From Methanobacteriota archaeon (GTDB lineage Archaea > Thermoplasmatota > Thermoplasmata > SG8-5 > DAIRED01), in contig JAZDNO010000028.1 in assembly GCA_043799545.1 (NCBI GenBank), positions 1 to 25,046 on the forward strand: a stretch of 25,046 bases of DNA. Reading direction: 5' to 3'. A model generated the notes under the pieces. It saw only the letters and a list, made by a program, of their open reading frames with translations, ran no database searches and had not been told where the DNA came from. Shown one piece after another: positions 9,670-16,916 of the stretch. Both the position numbers and the translations under genes were made by a program. Each line of letters starts with the position of its first letter. Within the stretch, counting starts at the first letter, position 1.

Positions 9670-10293
9670 CTACCGGTACCCCGGTATGTCCTTCTTCTTG
9701 CTGTACACCGTGTTCATGTCGAACTTCTGTAGCTCGCTCTCGAAGCGCTTGTCCAGAGTCTCCTTGCGCTTGCGCACCTTGGCCAGCTCGGCGTCCTCCT
9801 TGTCGAGCATGGCCCGTATCTTCCGGATTTCCTCCGGGAGCGAACCGTCGAACTCGAACCCCCCCATACCCAGGAGCGAAAGGGTGTTCCCCATGACCGC
9901 CAGTTCGAGCTTCATCTGGTCGCGCGCCCCCTCCTTGTAGACCCTCTTGTTGAGCTTTATCAGCACCTCGCGGTGGTTCTTCAGCGCCGTCAGGATGCTC
10001 TCGACGCGCTTGTTGGAGCTGAGCAGCAGCTCCTCGTTCTTCAGAAGGATGCGCTGCAGCTCGCCCACGGAGCCTTTCTCCCCGGGCTTGGCTTTCGAAG
10101 GCTCCAACCCTATCGCGTTGAGGATAATCTCCTCCCGCTTGATGCGCGTCTCCAGGCGCCCCTCGAGGCTCTGGATTCTGTTCTGATGGGCCCGGAGGCG
10201 GGCCTGCAGCTCGCGCAGCTTCCGCGCCGTTGACGCGCCCGCAGGTTTCTTGCGGGGCGCCGCCTTCCTCTGAGCCTTCTTCTTCTTTGGCAT
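9670..10293 (-). CDS. Hypothetical coiled-coil protein with Lys/Arg-rich N-terminal tail
   Basis: 207 aa with host-like codon usage, GAGGAG SD and a TTAATTAA TATA-like box 24 nt upstream. Heptad-rich helices; ends KKKDIPGYR. Confidence 0.8.
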   Translation of the reverse strand: MPKKKKAQRKAAPRKKPAGASTARKLRELQARLRAHQNRIQSLEGRLETRIKREEIILNAIGLEPSKAKPGEKGSVGELQRILLKNEELLLSSNKRVESILTALKNHREVLIKLNKRVYKEGARDQMKLELAVMGNTLSLLGMGGFEFDGSLPEEIRKIRAMLDKEDAELAKVRKRKETLDKRFESELQKFDMNTVYSKKKDIPGYR

Positions 10294-10314
10294 CGCTCCT
10301 CAAATGGGGCTCTG

Positions 10315-10326
10315 GCTTAATTAAGC
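10315..10326. promoter_or_regulatory. Perfect 12-bp palindrome GCTTAATTAAGC overlapping the TATA box, in the divergent region before ppsA
   Basis: Seen directly; its role as a promoter or operator is inferred from position. Confidence 0.45.
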
Positions 10327-10444
10327 TTCGCCTGCGGACGCGTGATTGTGTTTGTAAGCCGTTCGCAACAGCCATCATAATAGCGTCCGCGGGAAAAGGC
10401 TTATTAGCGGCAGCGCGATGCCCAAAGCCTGCAGGGACGGTACC

Positions 10445-12952
10445 ATGGAGAAGCATGAACGCAGCGTGCTCTGGTTCAGCGACATAGGCATCGGGGACGT
10501 GGCCATTGTCGGCGGAAAGAACGCGTCGCTGGGGGAGATGTACGCCAGGCTCCAGGAAAAGGGCGTGGCCGTGCCGAACGGCTTCGCAATCACCGCCAAG
10601 GCATACAGGCACTTTCTAAAGAAGGCGGGGATAGAGCACAGGCTCAAGGAGGCCATGACCGGGCTTGACGTGACGGACCTGGAGAACCTACATGCCTGCG
10701 GGGAGAAGGCGCGAGCCGTGGTGATGGGGGCCGAGATACCCGAAGACATCAAGGCGGAAATCGTCCAGGCATACGCCAAGCTTGGCGGTCGCAGGCGCGA
10801 TGTGGACGTGGCGGTGCGCTCGTCCGCAACAGCCGAAGACCTGCCGGACGCCTCGTTCGCGGGCCAGCAGGACACGTACCTGAACGTCCGGGGCGCCGAC
10901 GCGCTGCTTCAAGCCTGCAAGCGCTGCTTCGCGAGCCTCTTCACGGACAGGGCGATTTCGTACCGCCAGGAGAGGGGCTACGGCCATTTCTCGGTTTATC
11001 TGTCAATCGCGGTCCAGAGGATGGTGCGCTCTGATAGGGCCTCGTCCGGTATCATGTTCACCCTCGACCCGGAGTCGGGTTTCAGGGACCTGATAGTCAT
11101 CAACTCCTCGTGGGGCCTCGGCGAGTGCATCGTCGGGGGGAAGGTCATCCCTGACGAGTTCCAAATCTTCAAGCCAGTCCTTCCCAACGGGCGGAGGGCC
11201 ATCGTCGGCCGAAGGTGCGGCTCCAAGGACATCAAGGGGGTGTACAGCGAGGACCCCGAGAACCCCATCAAGACCGTGAAAACCTCAAGGAAGGAGCAGA
11301 ACGCTTACAGCATCACGAACGCCGAGGCCCTGAGGCTGGCGGACTGGGCGTGCATCATCGAGGAGCATTACAGCAACGAGGCGAAGTGGAACGCGAGGAA
11401 GGCGGGGAATCCCCTGCCGGCCAGCTTCCGCAGGTACATGGACATCGAGTGGGCCAAGGACGGCAAGACCGGCGAGCTTTTTATTGTGCAGGCCAGGCCG
11501 GAGACGGTCCAGAGCTCCAGGCAGATACGCAAGAACGAGAACGGCAAGGATTACTTCCTCGTCGAGAGCTACGAGTACGCAGTGCCGGTGGAGGAGGTCC
11601 ATGGCAAGCACCGCAAGCTGGCCGAGGGCATCTCCGTCGGGCGCAAGATTTCCTGCGGGACGGCGAGCGTGATAGACAGCCCGAAAGACATAGCCAAATT
11701 CAAAAAGGGCGACATCCTGGTCACGCGGATGACCGACCCGGACTGGGAGCCGATAATGAAGATGTCGGCCGGCATCATCACGGAGCAGGGCGGGAGGACG
11801 TGCCACACGGCCATATTGTCCAGGGAACTGGGGATTCCGTGCATCGTCGGAACGCAGACAGCGACCACGGCCATCCACAACGGCCAGAGGATAACCCTGT
11901 CGTGCGGCGAGGGGGAGCGGGGGATGGTTTACGAGGGGGACGTCCGCTTCATCGCGAGGAAGGACTGGGTCGAGGTCCCCAAGACCAAGACGAAGATACG
12001 CATGAACGCGGCGATACCGGAGACGGCGTTCGCCTTGGGCACACTGCCGAACGATGGCGTCGGACTCGCCCGCGTCGAGTTCATCATCGCGTCGCACATC
12101 GGAATTCACCCGATGGCGATGATTGATTACCCCAAGCTCAAGGACTCGCACGACCCCAAGGACAGGAAGCTGGCCGGGGAGATAGAGCGCCGGACCAAAG
12201 GCTGGGAAAACAAGTCCGACTTCTACTCAGACACGCTCGCCATGGGCATAGCCAAGATAGGCGCGGCCTTCTACCCCAACGAGGTCGTCGTGAGGATGTC
12301 CGACTTCAAGACGAGCGAGTACGCGAACCTCCTGGGCGGGGAGAAGTACGAGCCAAAGGAGAGGAGCCCGATGATAGGCTGGCGCGGAGCGTCGAGGTAC
12401 TACGACCCGCTGTTCCGGCCAGCCTTCGCGCTCGAATGCAAGGCCCTTAAAAAGGTCAGGGACGAGATGGGGCTCATCAACATCAAGGCTATGATTCCGT
12501 TCTGCCGCACCCCCAGCGAGGGAAGGAAGGTCATCCAGGTGATGAAGGACGAGGGCCTCGTCCAGGGGGAGAACGAGTTCGAGGTCTACGTCATGGCCGA
12601 GATTCCTTCTAACTGCATAGACGCCAACTCCTTCGCGGACATATTCGACGGCTTCAGCATAGGCTCGAACGACCTGACCCAGCTCGCCCTAGGCCTGGAC
12701 CGGGACTCGACCCTCGTCGCGCACATATACAACGAGCGTGAGCCGACGGTCAAGATGCTGATATCGCAGCTCATCAAGGTAGGGAAGGCTCGGGGCAAGA
12801 GGGTGGGCATATGCGGCCAGGCGCCCTCGGACTTCCCCGACTTCGCGGAATTCCTGGTGCAGTGCGGGATAGACAGCATGAGCCTGAACTCCGACACCGT
12901 GGTCAAGACGCGGCTCATAGTGGCCGAGGCGGAAAAGAAGTTCGGCATGTAG
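10445..12952 (+). CDS. ppsA: Phosphoenolpyruvate synthase (pyruvate, water dikinase)
   Basis: VGGKNASLGEM, AVRSSATAEDLPDASFAGQQDT, MDIEWAKDG, catalytic His in GGRTCHTAILSRELG, GFSIGSNDLTQ and GICGQAPS. Start at MEKHE after an SD-like GGGACGGT; 10418 is an alternative. Confidence 0.96.
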   Translation: MEKHERSVLWFSDIGIGDVAIVGGKNASLGEMYARLQEKGVAVPNGFAITAKAYRHFLKKAGIEHRLKEAMTGLDVTDLENLHACGEKARAVVMGAEIPEDIKAEIVQAYAKLGGRRRDVDVAVRSSATAEDLPDASFAGQQDTYLNVRGADALLQACKRCFASLFTDRAISYRQERGYGHFSVYLSIAVQRMVRSDRASSGIMFTLDPESGFRDLIVINSSWGLGECIVGGKVIPDEFQIFKPVLPNGRRAIVGRRCGSKDIKGVYSEDPENPIKTVKTSRKEQNAYSITNAEALRLADWACIIEEHYSNEAKWNARKAGNPLPASFRRYMDIEWAKDGKTGELFIVQARPETVQSSRQIRKNENGKDYFLVESYEYAVPVEEVHGKHRKLAEGISVGRKISCGTASVIDSPKDIAKFKKGDILVTRMTDPDWEPIMKMSAGIITEQGGRTCHTAILSRELGIPCIVGTQTATTAIHNGQRITLSCGEGERGMVYEGDVRFIARKDWVEVPKTKTKIRMNAAIPETAFALGTLPNDGVGLARVEFIIASHIGIHPMAMIDYPKLKDSHDPKDRKLAGEIERRTKGWENKSDFYSDTLAMGIAKIGAAFYPNEVVVRMSDFKTSEYANLLGGEKYEPKERSPMIGWRGASRYYDPLFRPAFALECKALKKVRDEMGLINIKAMIPFCRTPSEGRKVIQVMKDEGLVQGENEFEVYVMAEIPSNCIDANSFADIFDGFSIGSNDLTQLALGLDRDSTLVAHIYNEREPTVKMLISQLIKVGKARGKRVGICGQAPSDFPDFAEFLVQCGIDSMSLNSDTVVKTRLIVAEAEKKFGM

Positions 12953-12995
12953 ATGCGGCCAAAGGATTAAACCCTCCCATGGGCATGACTGCTGC

Positions 12996-15914
12996 ATGTT
13001 CGCGAAGGCCGTCGCGCTGACGCTTGCGATATTCCTAGGCTTTCCAGCTCTTATCGGCGTGGCGTCTCCGTCGGACACAGGCGCTCCAGCATCCGTCGAG
13101 TGCGCGCCCGTCCAGGCCGCGGCGGCGAACTTCTCCGCCGAGGCCGAGATACGGACTATACTGTCAGTGATTGACCAGCCATTCCTGTCTGGCTACGTCC
13201 AGACGCTTCAGGACTTCGGCACACGATACGCCTATACGCCGTTTTGCATGGATGCCGCGAAGTACATCGAAGGGGAGTTCATCGGGTGCGGTCTCGAGAC
13301 GAGCGTCCAGGACATGGAATACATGGGCCATAGGATAAGGAACGTCGTGGGGGTGCTGCCGGGAACTGGCTCCGCTGCCGGCGAAACCGTGATAGTTTGC
13401 GCCCATTACGACTCTTACTCCGAGATGTTATATTGGTCCGCGCCAGGAGCCGACGACGACGCCTCCGGACCCGCGGGGGTCCTTGCTGCCGCAAGGCTTC
13501 TGGTGGGCATGCAGTTCAACCGCACCATCAAATTCATAGCGTTCGGAGGGGAGGAGCTGGGCCTGGTCGGGAGCGATTATTACTCCGAGCTGGCGTGGTC
13601 TTCGGGCGAATCCATCGCCGGAGTCCTGAACATGGATATGATTTCACACAACCACGATCTCCACACGATAGACGTTTACACGGATGACAATTCGGCCGCG
13701 CTCGCCTCGCGCTACCACGACATCTGGGACAAGTACAAGGACATCATCGGCGACCCAGAGCCGGCGGTCATCAACGAACCGAATGCGGGATGGAGCGACC
13801 ACGCGCCCTTCTGGCAGCGGGGCTTCCAGGCACTATGCATCATCGAAACTGATTTCAGCGACCACTACCACACGACGGACGATACGATTGCCACGATAAA
13901 CATGACGTACATGCAGGGGGCGTTCAGGAACGCTGTTGCTGCGGCTTGTGAGATTGCCGAGATGAGCGCCGGGGATTCCACGCCGCCCGCGGTCTCCGCG
14001 CCGTCGCCAGCGCCGGATTCTGCCGGCAACTCCACCCCGGTGATTTCCGTTGGATTCTTCGACGCTTCGGGCGTCAACGCCAGCTCGTGCAAGCTCTACG
14101 TGAACGGCTACAGGGTGATGTGCGATTTGGCTCCCGCGCCCCTGGGGTACACCCTGTCTTACTGGCACGACGGCGGCTTCCAGAGCGGGTCCACGGTCAG
14201 GTGCAAGGCGATGGCATCCGATGCTGGCGGGCACGGGGCTGTCTTCTGGTGGAACTTCACGGTGGACACGACCCCGCCTCTCCCCCCGGAGACTGCCAAC
14301 GCGAGGTTCCTGGCCGTCGAGCCCGACAAGGCCGACGCCGTCTTGACAGCGGGGCCGGGATTCGAGGATTCGACCGGCGTGGCTTCGCCTTCCGTGCTTT
14401 ACGCCGGCGGTGAGTTCAGGCTGTGGTACACCGGCCTTCAGGAAGGGGTATTCAGGCGGATAATGGCTGCGAGCTCCTGCGACGGCTTTTCATGGCAGAA
14501 ACAGGGCGTGGTCTTAGACGTCGGGACGGCGGGGGAGCCTGACTACAGAGGCGCCACCGATTGCTCGGTCATCCTCGACGGAACATACAAGATGTGGTAC
14601 ACGGGGCACGACGTGGATGTCACTCGGGTTCTGTACGCAGAATCGCCCGACGGAGTTGTGTGGACGAAGCTTGGAATCGCAATCGCCAATGGCACGGGCC
14701 GCGAGCCAGATTCGTGGGGGGCCTCCTCTCCCACGGTGCTCGCCCGGAACGGAAGCTACGTCATGTGGTACACGGGATGGGACGGCGTCGAGTGGCGCGT
14801 GATGAGGGCGACGTCGGCGGACGGGCTGACCTGGGTCAAAGATGGCGTGGCGCTCTCCCGAGGCGGTTTCAATGACAGGGACAGGATGGGGGCTTCGGAC
14901 CCCGACGTTTCGATAATCGACGGCGAGTACGTCATGAGGTACACGGCCACCGAGGACATGTCGGTCAAGAGCATTCTGGAGGCCCGTTCAGTCGATGGAA
15001 TCTCTTGGATGCGCACTGGCGCGCACATCATGCCCGGGATGCCGTGGGAAGCCGATTCGAAGTACGTCCGCGCCTCCAGCGCGGTAGTGGTCGACGGCAT
15101 CGAATACACGTTTTACACGGGCAAGGGCGATCCCTACGAGGAGGTCATTTTCATTGCGTTGAGGGAGATGCAGACCCTGAAAAACGAGCTTGTTCTAGAA
15201 TGGTGCCCGTCCGCCTCATCCGACGTAACTGGCTATTCGGTCCGCTTGGCGGAGGATTGGGCGGAACTCCAAAGCGGTTCGGGAACGGTCTACAGGGCGC
15301 CGGGAACATATCTCGTGCTGCCGTATGCCGGCGTCGCCAACCTTTCCGGGGCATTCGCCAAAATAACTGTCTGGGACGTCGCCGGCAACTCGGCGGAGAC
15401 TTGGTACGCCATCGGCAAGACGTCGATGATGATGGAATTCGAGTGGGAGCTCGTGTCATGCCCGTACGCGGCGGAAGGCACAGGCATCGCGCAGGCGCTG
15501 GATACCCTGGTGTGGGATTACGCAATGGCGTATTCCGGTAACCCTGGCGACACCTGGCAAACAAACCATTATTTGCGCGCCGACGACCTGGACGACCTGA
15601 AAGTCATCGGGCCCGGGATGGGGCTGTGGCTTCAGGCGCAGACGGGCCAGTATCTGGCGACGTGCGGAATCGTGCAGAACATGACAATCCAGCTGCGGAC
15701 GGGCTGGAACCTTGTCTCGTACCCTCATCCATACGATATGACCGCGGCAGCTGTCGCGGCGGAAATCGGGCCGGCCTGCCAGGCCATCGAGGCCTTCGAT
15801 TATGCATTGGAATACATGACAGATGTTCTGGAGCCGTACGAGGCGATGGCCCCCGGCAGGGGGTACTGGGTGAAGGTCAGTGCGGACACCGCCTGGACGG
15901 CTGTGAATTACTAG
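12996..15914 (+). CDS. Secreted multidomain M28 metallopeptidase with Ig-like, five-bladed beta-propeller and C-terminal repeat domains
   Basis: Signal peptide (MFAKAVALTLAIFLG). Full M28 ligand set AHYDS, GADDDASG, GEELGL, NMDMI and SDHAPF. Five P-x-V...Y-x-MWYTG...S-x-DG-x-x-W repeats. Paired C-terminal W-x-LVS-x-P and PG-x-G-x-W motifs. Confidence 0.85.
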   Translation: MFAKAVALTLAIFLGFPALIGVASPSDTGAPASVECAPVQAAAANFSAEAEIRTILSVIDQPFLSGYVQTLQDFGTRYAYTPFCMDAAKYIEGEFIGCGLETSVQDMEYMGHRIRNVVGVLPGTGSAAGETVIVCAHYDSYSEMLYWSAPGADDDASGPAGVLAAARLLVGMQFNRTIKFIAFGGEELGLVGSDYYSELAWSSGESIAGVLNMDMISHNHDLHTIDVYTDDNSAALASRYHDIWDKYKDIIGDPEPAVINEPNAGWSDHAPFWQRGFQALCIIETDFSDHYHTTDDTIATINMTYMQGAFRNAVAAACEIAEMSAGDSTPPAVSAPSPAPDSAGNSTPVISVGFFDASGVNASSCKLYVNGYRVMCDLAPAPLGYTLSYWHDGGFQSGSTVRCKAMASDAGGHGAVFWWNFTVDTTPPLPPETANARFLAVEPDKADAVLTAGPGFEDSTGVASPSVLYAGGEFRLWYTGLQEGVFRRIMAASSCDGFSWQKQGVVLDVGTAGEPDYRGATDCSVILDGTYKMWYTGHDVDVTRVLYAESPDGVVWTKLGIAIANGTGREPDSWGASSPTVLARNGSYVMWYTGWDGVEWRVMRATSADGLTWVKDGVALSRGGFNDRDRMGASDPDVSIIDGEYVMRYTATEDMSVKSILEARSVDGISWMRTGAHIMPGMPWEADSKYVRASSAVVVDGIEYTFYTGKGDPYEEVIFIALREMQTLKNELVLEWCPSASSDVTGYSVRLAEDWAELQSGSGTVYRAPGTYLVLPYAGVANLSGAFAKITVWDVAGNSAETWYAIGKTSMMMEFEWELVSCPYAAEGTGIAQALDTLVWDYAMAYSGNPGDTWQTNHYLRADDLDDLKVIGPGMGLWLQAQTGQYLATCGIVQNMTIQLRTGWNLVSYPHPYDMTAAAVAAEIGPACQAIEAFDYALEYMTDVLEPYEAMAPGRGYWVKVSADTAWTAVNY

Positions 15915-15968
15915 AGGGGAACCATTTCGCTTGTTTTCGGGTATCAAGATCCGGTCCACGAGCCCTAC

Positions 15969-15980
15969 AAAACTATATTA
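15969..15980 (+). promoter_or_regulatory. Putative BRE/TATA promoter for the structured leader plus tRNA-Gly transcript
   Basis: AAAAC-TATATTA predicts a start near 16000. No well-spaced TATA is visible directly upstream of the tRNA, where -25 to -30 is GC-rich. Confidence 0.5.
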
Positions 15981-16002
15981 TCGTGATGGCAAATGCGGTG
16001 TA

Positions 16003-16172
16003 AAAGCATTGACATGCAGAGGCGGGTGTAACGAGGGTATGAAAGCCAACCAGGAAGCCTACCCGAGCGAACCCGCGCGCAGCCTGATGCCCTGGCACAG
16101 GAGCGGATGTAGTGAGGGAAAGAAAGCCTCATTGGTGTCTTTCCCGAGCGAACCCGCGCGCATAAACGCTTT
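16003..16172 (+). ncRNA. Candidate uncharacterised structured RNA or tRNA leader
   Basis: Predicted by hand: closing helices AAAGC/GCTTT and ATGC/GCAT enclose two k-turn arms and a middle hairpin (16083-16101). Lies between a TATA box and tRNA-Gly. Confidence 0.5.
16022..16162 (+). repeat. Two tandem 60-nt structured units (16022-16081 and 16103-16162, period 81 bp), each a hairpin with a predicted kink-turn
   Basis: Ungapped alignment 45/60 identical; terminal 20-mer CCCGAGCGAACCCGCGCGCA identical. Conserved stems with one compensatory pair (T-A versus A-T). Confidence 0.8.
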
Positions 16173-16184
16173 AATTAGCAAAGC

Positions 16185-16256
16185 GCGGGTGTAATCTAGT
16201 GGTTAGGATTTCAGCCTTCCAAGCTGAACACTCGGGTTCGAATCCCGACACCCGCA
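16185..16256 (+). tRNA. tRNA-Gly (anticodon TCC), intronless, CCA not encoded
   Basis: Cloverleaf: acceptor GCGGGTG/CACCCGC, D arm ATCT/GGAT, anticodon arm TCAGC-CTTCCAA-GCTGA, 4-nt variable loop, T arm TCGGG-TTCGAAT-CCCGA, discriminator A. Confidence 0.97.
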
Positions 16257-16323
16257 TGGAATTGTTTTCTCAGCAGAGGGTGGAGGAACAAGGACCTTCA
16301 CAAACGTTCGACGCTGGTCCGGG

Positions 16324-16414
16324 TCCCGACACCCGCATTTTAGCACATTTAGCTACGACAAATTTATACGCCGCGCTTCGCGCGGCTGGCCCGCCTTCGG
16401 CGGTCCCGACACCC
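16324..16414 (+). repeat. Two downstream copies of the tRNA-Gly 3' end (att-like scars)
   Basis: TCCCGACACCCGCAT at 16243-16257 is repeated exactly at 16324-16338; TCCCGACACCC recurs at 16404-16414. Spacing 81 and 80 bp. Confidence 0.8.
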
Positions 16415-16561
16415 CTATGCTAGAGCATCTCTCAAAGGGATTTAGTACCCAGGCTGGGAGTCGAGCCGTATCTGGCTTGGAATCAGTTTTAATAGTTCTT
16501 TTCAAGCCAATGGAAGCAAATTTGTTGGAAGTGGGGAATCCCTCGTGCAGCCAACGCTACA

Positions 16562-16569
16562 TATTTATA
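16562..16569 (+). promoter_or_regulatory. TATA box of the SRP RNA gene
   Basis: TATTTATA about 20-25 nt upstream of the predicted SRP 5' end. Confidence 0.65.
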
Positions 16570-16587
16570 CCGCCAACCGTTAGTCGA

Positions 16588-16899
16588 GGCGCTAGGCTCG
16601 ACCGGGGGGTTCGGCGTCCCCTTTTACACCAAAATCGTCGTCAGTGGGGGTGACAGCTGGATGCGGCGCGCCAGTCCCGTGCGGGTCCTGCGCATGACCG
16701 TGAGGCCTTGTCCTGCGGGGCGGGTGGCGGCATCGCGGCGCAGCCGGAGGGCGGCGCTCTTTGCCATGGTCGCGGGGAACGGGTCAGGCCCTGAAGGGAG
16801 CAGCCTAACCGCGGATTACCCACGCTCGCGGGGTAGCGGGACCGAGAAGTGCGCAGACCAATCCGTGCGAAGGCTGGTCGACAAGTTCAGCGGCCTAGT
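16588..16899 (+). ncRNA. ffs: Archaeal signal recognition particle (7S) RNA
   Basis: 5' GCTAGGC...CCGGGGGGTTCGGCGTCCCC Alu-domain signature; helix 6 CC-GGAG-GG tetraloop; helix 8 CAGG-CCC-TGAA-GGG-AGCAG; helix 1 GCTAGGC/GCCTAGT; helix 2 TCGACC/GGTCGA; about 312 nt. Ends approximate. Confidence 0.9.
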
Positions 16900-16900
16900 A

Positions 16901-16916
16901 TTTCCTCTTTATTTTC
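16901..16916 (+). terminator. Pyrimidine/oligo-T tract after the SRP RNA
   Basis: TTTCCTCTTTATTTTC immediately after helix 1; archaeal intrinsic terminators are oligo-T tracts. Confidence 0.5.

Noticed and set aside
16006-16102. H/ACA or box C/D guide RNA
   Set aside because: An ACA lies at 16097-16099 and the k-turn orientation fits H/ACA, but no lower stem abuts the ACA, unit B has no equivalent ACA, and there are no RUGAUGA/CUGA boxes. Not fully excluded.
16022-16162. Split, permuted or additional functional tRNA genes
   Set aside because: The units lack a D-loop GG and a TTCGA T-loop, and show no complementary leader or BHB motifs; no cloverleaf can be drawn.
16003-16184. T-box, TPP or glycine riboswitch
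   Set aside because: No UGGN antiterminator bulge in T-box context, no CUGAGA or GAACCUGAU TPP core, no glycine aptamer core, and the downstream gene is a tRNA.
16062-16414. CRISPR array
   Set aside because: Only 2-3 copies of 11-20 nt repeats with 60+ nt spacers, one repeat set is the tRNA 3' end, and no cas genes are in the window.
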